DNA of 64,000 bases from a bacterium (GTDB taxonomy: Bacteria > Zhuqueibacterota > Zhuqueibacteria > Residuimicrobiales > Krinioviventaceae): the NCBI GenBank assembly GCA_963674595.2, contig CAXXFV010000015.1:96001-160000 (forward strand). Reading direction: 5' to 3'. Below the pieces are notes generated by a model. That model had not been told where the DNA came from, did not search any database, and worked only from the letters and a program-made list of their open reading frames with translations. Position 1 is the first letter of the stretch; every line of letters starts with the position of its first letter. The position numbers and the translations under genes were made by a program. Below are positions 1-8,018 of this stretch, in pieces.

Positions 1-397
1 GGACCACAAAATAGCAATCCTGCCGGAAGGTGACCTGATAATCGGTTAAAATCCCTTCTGCGCCGATAGCAAGCTGCTGATCGTCTTTGTTGCGAATGGA
101 GGAGTAAATCCCATAGGCGGCTTCAGCACTCTTCATTTGAAAAATATCTATAGTTACCACGGAATTGTCCTTTTGATATTCCTGAGTTGTGGCCTGAATA
201 AAACCATATTCCAGATAAATGTCTGCGCCGCCGTTAATAAAATCATACAGATTTGCAGCATTATATGTTTCTGCTTCACCGTCCTTTTGCCACCCGTTGC
301 ATACTTTGGAATCAGGTAAAAGTTTATTTATATCTGATTGGGCAAAGACGTTCAGATATAAAATAAAGATCAGAAACAATAGCACTGTTTTTTTCAA
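1..397 (-). CDS. Secreted DUF6599-like protein (3' truncated at window edge)
   Basis: Missing from the ORF track; translated by hand. TTG start at 397 overlaps the upstream TGA. MKKTVLLFLIFILYLNVFAQ signal peptide, then ...NLYDFINGGADIYLEYGF...IDIFQMKSAEAAYGIYS; open to base 1. Confidence 0.7.
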   Translation of the reverse strand, partial: MKKTVLLFLIFILYLNVFAQSDINKLLPDSKVCNGWQKDGEAETYNAANLYDFINGGADIYLEYGFIQATTQEYQKDNSVVTIDIFQMKSAEAAYGIYSSIRNKDDQQLAIGAEGILTDYQVTFRQDCYFVV

Positions 398-1182
398 TTC
401 ATAATCTCCGTAATATTTGCATGTTGTTGGGATTTGGTTGCTTTTAAAAGTTCGAGAGTGAGTGAACCAAACTCGGTTTTGGTTAAAATTTTTACAGGCA
501 CTTTTAGATCATTATCTGAAAACCATACATATAGTTTTCCCTTTGGTTCATGTTTGTATCCTTCTCTCAAACGCGGGACTAGAAAATAACAGTCATATTT
601 CCCAGCCGGAACTTTAATATTTTGGTTTTTATATACATGAAAGTTGATCGGAAAGTTCCTTTTATCTGTAAAATTATCAACCGGTACAATTTCTCCGGGA
701 GCCAATTCCTGTGTTCTTAAATAATAGATAATGGACAAAATATCCTGAGAGAACGAAGGAACTTGCAGTGTGTCTCCGTTTTCAATTGCCAGGCCCTGTT
801 CAGGTAAAAAAGTTTCTATCCTTTCAGATCGATAGTTACCTTCCTGCTGGTGTTTTTCAAAACGCCAGGGGAAAATTCCATGAATATCGAGCAGTGATTC
901 GACATGGTCTTCCACTTTGTAAAATTTTGAAAAGAAATTGTTTGAATGGATTTCCATCACAATCCGGTAACATTGTTTGTCATTATATGTTACAATTTCC
1001 GGAATATAAAGGTCGGCTTTTCCGGCTGTAAGCGGTCCAAAACGGACCGAATATTCAAAATGTTCTCCAATACCAAAAATGTTATTTTCGATTTTTCGGT
1101 TGTAAAAGTGGTTTGGCTTTTCAGCTGATTCCAGCGTATCAGATACGCTAAACAGCAAAAGCAAGAGATAAAGTTTTTTCAT
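394..1182 (-). CDS. DUF3108 domain secreted protein
   Basis: Signal peptide; GEHFEYSV, QDILSIIYYLR, KVPAGKYDC and VWFSDNDLKVPVKI motifs typical of DUF3108. Confidence 0.75.
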   Translation of the reverse strand: MKKLYLLLLLFSVSDTLESAEKPNHFYNRKIENNIFGIGEHFEYSVRFGPLTAGKADLYIPEIVTYNDKQCYRIVMEIHSNNFFSKFYKVEDHVESLLDIHGIFPWRFEKHQQEGNYRSERIETFLPEQGLAIENGDTLQVPSFSQDILSIIYYLRTQELAPGEIVPVDNFTDKRNFPINFHVYKNQNIKVPAGKYDCYFLVPRLREGYKHEPKGKLYVWFSDNDLKVPVKILTKTEFGSLTLELLKATKSQQHANITEIMN

Positions 1183-2228
1183 TATGTCGAGCTTTCAATT
1201 TTTGACACAACCAAATTATATACCTGGTTTACGTCAATAAGCTCCATACAGTTCCCATGTTTACATGAATTTTGATCGCACTTGTGACATACGTCAATAT
1301 TCGGCGGCATAATGACAGAGTTAAATTGATGATAAGGTCCCCATCGTTCCGGCAGACACGGCTGTAACGGACAATATAAACCGATAACCGGAGTATTTAC
1401 GGCAACGGCCAAGTGAAGCGGACCGGTGCTGTTGGCGATAACAAGCGAGGCCATTTTTAAAAGGGCGGCCAGTTCTTTGATGGCCAGTTCGCCGTCTAAT
1501 CTGATGGCGCTGTTATCCGACGCTGCTATGACGGTGTCCACCAGTTGTTTTTCGGATTTTGTTCCTGTAATAACAACATCAAGCTTAAGGTTTGCAGAGA
1601 TTTGTTTGGCTAATTGGCCAAAGTTTTTCAGGGGCCAATCCATCGCAGAACCGCCGGAACCCGGATGAATAACCACAAAGGGTTGTTTATTTTTTTTTTG
1701 CTGTAATAATTGTTTTACTGTTTGTTCGTTTTTATCCGGAATGTGAATTTTAAATAAAACGGGCTCCACATTGGCACCAAGAGCTTGTGCAAAATCAAGG
1801 TTCAGGTCAACTTCGTGGCGTCCGCTTTTTTTGCGGTGTTCATAAATTTTTTGATTAAAAAGGAACGAGTAGAGCCTGTAGGCAGTGCCTATCCTTTTTG
1901 GGATAGAGGCAAGCCGGCATAATAATGATATATAAAATGTAGGATAAAGAATGAGCGCCGTATCAAAATTTTTGTGTTTTAAAAGACGAACATTTTTTAA
2001 AAATGTTTTAAAATCAAAACGATGTTTCGGCGTTTCAAGCACGATAATTTCGTTTACGTCCGGATGTCCGGAAACAATATCTTGTGTATAGGATTTTATT
2101 AAGACTGAAATAAAGGCATTGGGATATTTTTGTTTTAATGCAGAAAAAACCGGAGTAGATAATAAAACATCCCCCATTCTGTCTGTTCGTATAATCAGTA
2201 TTCGATTTGGTTTATTATCAAACTTCAA
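1182..2228 (-). CDS. Glycosyltransferase family 9 (ADP-heptose:LPS heptosyltransferase-like)
   Basis: RILIIRTDRMGDVLLSTP, IHPGSGGS and NSTGPLHLAVAV GT9 motifs. Confidence 0.9.
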   Translation of the reverse strand: MKFDNKPNRILIIRTDRMGDVLLSTPVFSALKQKYPNAFISVLIKSYTQDIVSGHPDVNEIIVLETPKHRFDFKTFLKNVRLLKHKNFDTALILYPTFYISLLCRLASIPKRIGTAYRLYSFLFNQKIYEHRKKSGRHEVDLNLDFAQALGANVEPVLFKIHIPDKNEQTVKQLLQQKKNKQPFVVIHPGSGGSAMDWPLKNFGQLAKQISANLKLDVVITGTKSEKQLVDTVIAASDNSAIRLDGELAIKELAALLKMASLVIANSTGPLHLAVAVNTPVIGLYCPLQPCLPERWGPYHQFNSVIMPPNIDVCHKCDQNSCKHGNCMELIDVNQVYNLVVSKIESST

Positions 2229-2269
2229 TATTCAAATCCGATATTTTTATCTCTTGATATGGCATATAA

Positions 2270-2911
2270 TCAATTAATTTCCAGAACTGTATTAATTTCC
2301 AGGGCCGAGATGCTTCCCTCACGTACAATTTTGGCAGGTGATTTTGTAATATCAACAACTGTGGAAGGTGTGTTTGAGGGTGCCTTGCCGCCGTCAATAA
2401 TCAGGTCCAATTGGGAACCAAACGACCTAACCACTTCATCTGCGGTCAGGGCTTCTTTTTCTCCGCTTCTGTTGGCGCTGGTTGATACAATTGGAAATCC
2501 ACATGCTTTAAGCAGTGATAGACATATTTGACTGTCCGGAATGCGAATGGCAACAGTTTTAGACTTTCCAAAAGCAAATTCTTTAATTCTGGCAGAGGAT
2601 TCGAAAACAATTGTTAACGGGCCCGGCCAAAAATTATCAAAAAGTCTTTCGGCTGATTCAGGAATTTCTTTTACCAAATCACTGATTTGCATAACATCGG
2701 CCGCAATCAGGATAAGCGCTTTACTGCGGTCACGATGTTTTAATTCATATATTCTGTTAACTGCTTCCGCATCAAAGGCACTGCAGCCGATACCATAAAC
2801 AGTTTCTGTCGGATAACCAACAATGCCGCCTTGCTCCAGAACCCGGGCGGCTTTACCAATTCTTTCAGGTTCGGGATGAATTGGATTGATTTTTAATATA
2901 TTTTTATTCAT
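2270..2911 (-). CDS. tsaC: L-threonylcarbamoyladenylate synthase (Sua5/YrdC)
   Basis: YPTETVYG, FWPGPLT, STSANRSG and PSTVVD motifs; likely start MNKNILK at 2911. Confidence 0.92.
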   Translation of the reverse strand: MNKNILKINPIHPEPERIGKAARVLEQGGIVGYPTETVYGIGCSAFDAEAVNRIYELKHRDRSKALILIAADVMQISDLVKEIPESAERLFDNFWPGPLTIVFESSARIKEFAFGKSKTVAIRIPDSQICLSLLKACGFPIVSTSANRSGEKEALTADEVVRSFGSQLDLIIDGGKAPSNTPSTVVDITKSPAKIVREGSISALEINTVLEIN

Positions 2912-2916
2912 AAATT

Positions 2917-3936
2917 TTAATTTTGTACCTCGTTCTTTAAAATCCCGTAAACCTCTTCCGGCGTTATCTTGATCATACAATCGTGTGTTTTAATAGGACA
3001 ACTGGGCCCGCCATGAATACCGCAGGGGCGGCATTCAAGTTTATGTTCAATAATGACGTGGTTTTCTCCATAAGGATAAAAACCAAATGCTGGTACAGTT
3101 GGTCCAAAAATAGCATACACAGGAATTTTTGCCGCTACCCCCAAATGAAGAGGTGCGCTATCATTGGTAACAATAAATTTGCATTTTTTTAAAAGTGCTG
3201 TTGTTTGTTTTAATGTAAACAAACCCGCTGTATTATAAACATTTTTTTGTGATAAACTTATTTCCTGACATAGTTTTTGGTCTTCAATTCCTCCAATTAA
3301 AAAGATTGAATTATTTTTTGTACTCAATAATTTTATCAGTTTTTGAAAATATTGTTTTGGCCATCTTTTCGTTGCCCATACCGATCCGGGGGCTAATGCA
3401 ATAAAATTTGATCCTGAAACAAATGCTTCCGATAAATATGAATTTATCTGTTTTTCATCGTTATCATTTGTAAAAATTTCGGGTATAAAAGTTTTTTTGT
3501 TTTCGCCTTTATTTTGTAATAATTCAAGATTACGTTCAATTTCATGCAGATTTTTATGATAAATTACTTTATGCGTGTATAGATATGGTGCGGCGCTGGT
3601 ATTAAATCCGATTCGTTGCGGCGCACCGGAAACCCATGCGATCAGTGCACTGCGAAGTGACCGATGCGGTGATATAACCAGGTCATAGTGGTTCTGTTTA
3701 ACGGTTTTAACCAATTTAATAAAGTCATTAATTCCTGATTTTTTGTTCTTTTTGTCATATTGTATGATATTCCGTATAAACGGATTGTTTTCCAAAATAT
3801 CAGCCGAAACCGGTGTAACAATGATATCAATTTTGGCATTTTTATACTGTAAAGCTGTAGCCCGAATTAAAGGTGTTGTTAGAACGACATCACCGATGAA
3901 TGCTGTTTGTATGATAAGAATTTTTTTTTCTGACAT
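2917..3936 (-). CDS. waaF: LPS heptosyltransferase II (GT9)
   Basis: IQTAFIGDVVLTTP, APGSVWATKRWP and NDSAPLHL motifs. Confidence 0.8.
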   Translation of the reverse strand: MSEKKILIIQTAFIGDVVLTTPLIRATALQYKNAKIDIIVTPVSADILENNPFIRNIIQYDKKNKKSGINDFIKLVKTVKQNHYDLVISPHRSLRSALIAWVSGAPQRIGFNTSAAPYLYTHKVIYHKNLHEIERNLELLQNKGENKKTFIPEIFTNDNDEKQINSYLSEAFVSGSNFIALAPGSVWATKRWPKQYFQKLIKLLSTKNNSIFLIGGIEDQKLCQEISLSQKNVYNTAGLFTLKQTTALLKKCKFIVTNDSAPLHLGVAAKIPVYAIFGPTVPAFGFYPYGENHVIIEHKLECRPCGIHGGPSCPIKTHDCMIKITPEEVYGILKNEVQN

Positions 3937-3973
3937 TTTATCTGTATAATTTTCCGGACGGATCGGGTTTGAA

Positions 3974-4864
3974 TTAATCGTTTTGAGGTTTTGTTTTCCA
4001 TCTTTTATGCATCCAGAACCAGTGGTCCGGCCATTTTGTTACAAATTCTTCCAGAGCCTTGGCGTGCCTTTGGGTGAGTATATGAATATTTTCCGGAGTT
4101 GGTCCGTCCAGGTCTGAATGATCAATTTGTTTCAAGTAAACAGTATGTTTTCCTTTTTCACCTCGTACAACGCAACCAAATATAATCGGCGCTTTTGTTT
4201 TTAATGCAAACATGGCCGGCCCTTGCGCCGTGGAAGACGGCCGTCCTAAAAAGTCAACAAAAATACCTTCACGCCCTGCATCCTGGTCCGCTAAAATTGC
4301 AACGCCTTTATTCGCTCTCAGCGATTTCATAACGCCTCTTAAAGCAATCCCAAGCGTCATTGTTGCAATGCCCTGGCTTGCTCTGTGCAAAGAAATCAGC
4401 CGGTCGACAAGTTTGTTACGTTGTTCCTTGGCAATTGCAACCATCGGAAAACCGAGTTGACTGATGGCCGCAGCCATGAGTTCCCAGTTACCAAAATGAC
4501 CGCTCAAGCATATAACACCATTTTTTTGACTATACGCTTGTTTAATAAGCTCCGGGTTGTCAAATATCACTTTATTTTCCAGATAGTTTTTATCCATATT
4601 TGGAAAACGTATGAACTCTATAATCATTTGTCCAAAATTGAGAAAAGTGGACCTTACAATTTTTTTTATTTCTTTTTCTGTTTTTTCAGGAAAACTGTTT
4701 TGCAGGTTTAATATGGATACTTTTTTGCGTATCGGTATAAAATAATAAAAAAGATAGCCTAAACATTTTCCGTATGCCAAAGCAATTGGAAAGGGTAATA
4801 TTTTTATAAAAGCTGCAAGAGCTTTAACAAGCGCATATTCGATATAATTTTGATATTTTTTCAT
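3974..4864 (-). CDS. lpxL: Lipid A biosynthesis lauroyl/late acyltransferase (HtrB/LpxL family)
   Basis: GHFGNWE, ILADQ and WFWMHKRWK motifs. Confidence 0.85.
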   Translation of the reverse strand: MKKYQNYIEYALVKALAAFIKILPFPIALAYGKCLGYLFYYFIPIRKKVSILNLQNSFPEKTEKEIKKIVRSTFLNFGQMIIEFIRFPNMDKNYLENKVIFDNPELIKQAYSQKNGVICLSGHFGNWELMAAAISQLGFPMVAIAKEQRNKLVDRLISLHRASQGIATMTLGIALRGVMKSLRANKGVAILADQDAGREGIFVDFLGRPSSTAQGPAMFALKTKAPIIFGCVVRGEKGKHTVYLKQIDHSDLDGPTPENIHILTQRHAKALEEFVTKWPDHWFWMHKRWKTKPQND

Positions 4865-4869
4865 CCGGG

Positions 4870-4898
4870 AATTTAATAAATTGCGAGCAATTTTTCAA
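4870..4898 (-). promoter_or_regulatory. Putative sigma70 promoter for lpxL
   Basis: TTGAAA-17bp-TAAATT on the minus strand, 5 nt before the ATG. Confidence 0.3.
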
Positions 4899-4905
4899 CA
4901 AGAGT

Positions 4906-5841
4906 TTATTCCGTTTCCGACAATATGTCCCATTCCTGCAGTTTTTGACTGTTTTTTCTTTTTATTTTGAATAAAGAAATTGCCAGTAACAGTATAATAA
5001 ATATCCAGAGATAGTTGTCAAAGTCTGATAACCAATCCCATTTATATGTTTTTTTTGCATAGGCAATCCATTCCTTTTCAAATTTGTCAAAAGAACTACC
5101 GGTTGCGGATATAAAAATATCGTCTATGGACTTGTTGGTTATTATGCCGTTGATAATCGTCTGTATGGCGTCTATATCATAGGTTGTCAGCAGATATTTT
5201 GTTGCTGAATAACTTTGCTGATAGGCAAGGTCAGCTTTTGCTGTGTGAAAATTTAAAACATAGTCAATTTGTTCCAGTGGAATTAATGAGTTTGTAACCA
5301 TGGCTTTGGAAAGGACGGAGCCGCGTTCTCTGTTTGGGTCTCTGGAATAAAAAATTGCCATTCCTTCATCCAGCCATCTGGGGAATTTTTTATAAGCAAT
5401 TTTTTGATAAAGCAAAATATGCCACAGTTCATGAATGACGGAATATTTAAAGGATTGGGACTTGTCCCATCGAGGAGATTTTAAAAATATTGAATTTTCA
5501 AAAGGTTCTGCAAACGCTCCGGTCCAGTTCGGCAATTTGCCCCGGCTAAATTTTCTAAATTCCTGACGGTTTGCGGCAATAAAGACATTGATTGTTTTTC
5601 CTCCTTTAATTTTCAAATCGAATGTAATTTCCTGCCAGGCCGGAATTAATATGTTTAAAGCTTGCTGCGCATATATCGAATCGGTTGTTGCGGAATAAAC
5701 ATGTATGGCATCATGGTAAGCATAGTACTTTTGTTCGGCATATAAAAATTTACCGTGTGACAGGATGTATAGGAGAGAAAGCGATATAATCGCTTTTAGC
5801 ATTGCCTTCCCGTAAGATGTTTTGTTTTGTTGTTTTGTCAA
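4906..5841 (-). CDS. Peptidase MA superfamily (gluzincin) membrane-anchored metallopeptidase
   Basis: HELWH zinc motif, PRWLDEGMA, AYQQS; N-terminal signal and C-terminal TM helix. Confidence 0.8.
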   Translation of the reverse strand: MTKQQNKTSYGKAMLKAIISLSLLYILSHGKFLYAEQKYYAYHDAIHVYSATTDSIYAQQALNILIPAWQEITFDLKIKGGKTINVFIAANRQEFRKFSRGKLPNWTGAFAEPFENSIFLKSPRWDKSQSFKYSVIHELWHILLYQKIAYKKFPRWLDEGMAIFYSRDPNRERGSVLSKAMVTNSLIPLEQIDYVLNFHTAKADLAYQQSYSATKYLLTTYDIDAIQTIINGIITNKSIDDIFISATGSSFDKFEKEWIAYAKKTYKWDWLSDFDNYLWIFIILLLAISLFKIKRKNSQKLQEWDILSETE

Positions 5842-6242
5842 TCTGTTGTGTTGTTTTCAGAGGAATCAAAATCTTTTAAATACGTTTTTATAATATCGCT
5901 CATGGCATTTATTTGCAGTTCAATTTTTTCCATAGCACATGCTTTATTTGAATACAGGCAATCAAATCCATCACATTTTGATAATGGCTCTTTACATTGT
6001 TTTTCTTTATGAAACTCTTTATTGGATTTTATATCTTTCAGGATTTCTTCTTTGGAAAAGTCGTCTCTTTTGATCCGTATGCCGAATTCAAGGGTTTTTT
6101 CCCAGATAAAATTTTGAGCTTCAATGATTTCCTGTTCATTCAGCTCGTCCAGCGAATAAACAAACGGTTCATTATCCAATAATAATTGCAGTATTTCTAA
6201 TTTTTTATAAAGATTTAATTTAGGTTTTTTTTGAATTAACAT
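5838..6242 (-). CDS. Hypothetical protein with four-Cys cluster
   Basis: CKEPLSKCDGFDCLYSNKAC; stop overlaps the peptidase ATG (ATGA); probable start MLIQKK at 6242. Confidence 0.65.
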   Translation of the reverse strand: MLIQKKPKLNLYKKLEILQLLLDNEPFVYSLDELNEQEIIEAQNFIWEKTLEFGIRIKRDDFSKEEILKDIKSNKEFHKEKQCKEPLSKCDGFDCLYSNKACAMEKIELQINAMSDIIKTYLKDFDSSENNTTD

Positions 6243-6255
6243 ACATTTACCGTTT

Positions 6256-6768
6256 TTATGGTATGTGTTCGATAGCCGTGTCAATCAAATCTACCAGGAT
6301 TTTTTTTACGGATTTGGAATCCTGATTTGAATGAAAAGTAAATTTGGCCATTAGTGTCATATTAATGCTTGGTCTGTATAGTATTTTGGGTACGGGGTAA
6401 CTGTTTTCGTCGACGTTAGCAGAGATGATGATTGGTGAGTCAAATTGCTCGTTTATAAACTCTATGCTTTTACGAATGTTTGAAAATGATTCCTTGTCGT
6501 ACCAATCATATATAATTATAAATCCCAGCACTTTTTGTCCGACCAGGTCCCAGGCAAAAGTATGGCCCTGTTCATCTGTTCCAATGCCATATAAAAATAA
6601 TGACAAGTCATCACTTATTGACAAACGTCCAAAAATCACATCCTGGTTTGTCGTTATCGTGTCATTACATACGGCGCCTATAAATTTTTCCCGATTTTGA
6701 AATGATGAACTAATGACGGCAATTTCACCAATTTTTTGTTTTTGTTGTGTTGTTGTTAAATCAATCAT
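6256..6768 (-). CDS. Degenerate MglA/CvnD-like small GTPase-fold protein (P-loop lost)
   Basis: FGRLSISDDLSLFLYG, FAWDLVGQKVLGFIIIYD, PIIISAN and SVKKILVDLI match conservon GTPases; no GxxxxGKT. Confidence 0.65.
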   Translation of the reverse strand: MIDLTTTQQKQKIGEIAVISSSFQNREKFIGAVCNDTITTNQDVIFGRLSISDDLSLFLYGIGTDEQGHTFAWDLVGQKVLGFIIIYDWYDKESFSNIRKSIEFINEQFDSPIIISANVDENSYPVPKILYRPSINMTLMAKFTFHSNQDSKSVKKILVDLIDTAIEHIP

Positions 6769-6779
6769 AAGATGCTTTT

Positions 6780-7982
6780 CTATTGACTCAGTTTTTGCCG
6801 GATTAACAAAAGATCTCCTTTTGACAGAGATACTTTATAAGGTGTTTTTGTTGATAGTTTTTTTTGTGAATTGTCTGCTACCAGTGAACTAAAGTTTTTT
6901 CCATTTGTAAAGTCTGTTGTGTTTTTTTTACGTTTGAAAAAGGAAGCAATACGCGAATATCCGTTTTTGTTCTTTTCATGTTCCTGTTTTACCCAGGTTT
7001 CTATATTTTGGGTTACAGAGTCTTTGGATGGATGGTTTGTATTAACTTTAATCAGATAACCATTATCATATAATTTTTTTATAATTTCTAATGTTTGAAA
7101 ATCATCAACTAAAGAAGATTCTATACCCTGAATGATAGTAAGCGACGATGAAAAAAGTTCATAGATTTTTTTTTCAGTTTTTGAAAGCCCGTTTCGTGTC
7201 GATTGTGCCGACATGAGATAGGTTCGTAAAGGAGGTAGTTGTGTTGTCAACTGCCGCCACTGATGAATGAGCTGGTTGCCTTTAAGCAGAATCTCTTTAT
7301 TGTTATCATGGATCATTCGAATACGGTCTACTTTTTGTAGGTTTACCCAAAAAGTTCCGTCCAGCCAGGTAAGCATTTGTGTAAGAGATTCTTCAGGGGG
7401 ATTGCCTTCAATAAATGCATCGACAACTTGGCCCTTGTCAATAAATATTTGGCCCTCTCTATGTTCACGGGTCATGTAAATAATACCTGATTTACCCCCC
7501 AATTCCAAAGTATGGATCAGATCAACAAGGTTCATTTCTTCCAGGTTGCCGGTAAAGCCCTGTTGCAGGTTTTTACGGCTCTCTTCAATGACTTCCAATT
7601 CCTGAACAATTGATTCAATTCTTGAAACAACCTCTTCCGGATAGTATGGTTTTTGTAAATAGTCATCTATTTCCAGTTCCATACTTTTTAAACGTGCGTT
7701 TAATTCAATTTCACGTGTTGTAATAATTATGGGGATGGATTTGGTTGAAAATGATTCTTTAATTTTTTTAAAGAATTGAAAACCATTGTTTTGTGAAATA
7801 TGCCATTCCACAATAACAAGATTAACAGGGTTGGCGAGACAATAATTGTAGGCTTGTTTTGTATCCTGAAATATTTTTGATTCAAAATGACAATCAACCA
7901 ACAATTTTATTAGCTGGTCGAGTTCGGATGAAGGATTGTCGATAATTACAATTGTTTTTTGTTGATGCTTGTTAATATTCAT
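6780..7982 (-). CDS. Atypical response regulator: receiver (D-to-E) + DUF4388/PATAN domain
   Basis: REC fold (NLVIVEW, PIIITT, DDYLQKP); FTGNLEEMNLVDLIHTLELGGKSG...WLDGTF is DUF4388-like. Confidence 0.8.
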   Translation of the reverse strand: MNINKHQQKTIVIIDNPSSELDQLIKLLVDCHFESKIFQDTKQAYNYCLANPVNLVIVEWHISQNNGFQFFKKIKESFSTKSIPIIITTREIELNARLKSMELEIDDYLQKPYYPEEVVSRIESIVQELEVIEESRKNLQQGFTGNLEEMNLVDLIHTLELGGKSGIIYMTREHREGQIFIDKGQVVDAFIEGNPPEESLTQMLTWLDGTFWVNLQKVDRIRMIHDNNKEILLKGNQLIHQWRQLTTQLPPLRTYLMSAQSTRNGLSKTEKKIYELFSSSLTIIQGIESSLVDDFQTLEIIKKLYDNGYLIKVNTNHPSKDSVTQNIETWVKQEHEKNKNGYSRIASFFKRKKNTTDFTNGKNFSSLVADNSQKKLSTKTPYKVSLSKGDLLLIRQKLSQ

Positions 7983-8018
7983 ATTGGTGCCTTGCTTAAA
8001 AAACAACATTATCTGAGA

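Noticed and set aside
6256-7982. Possible single REC-DUF4388-GTPase gene split by an error
   Set aside because: There is a clean TAG at 6780, an 11-nt gap and a separate ATG; no homopolymer lesion explains a fusion. Treated as two genes.
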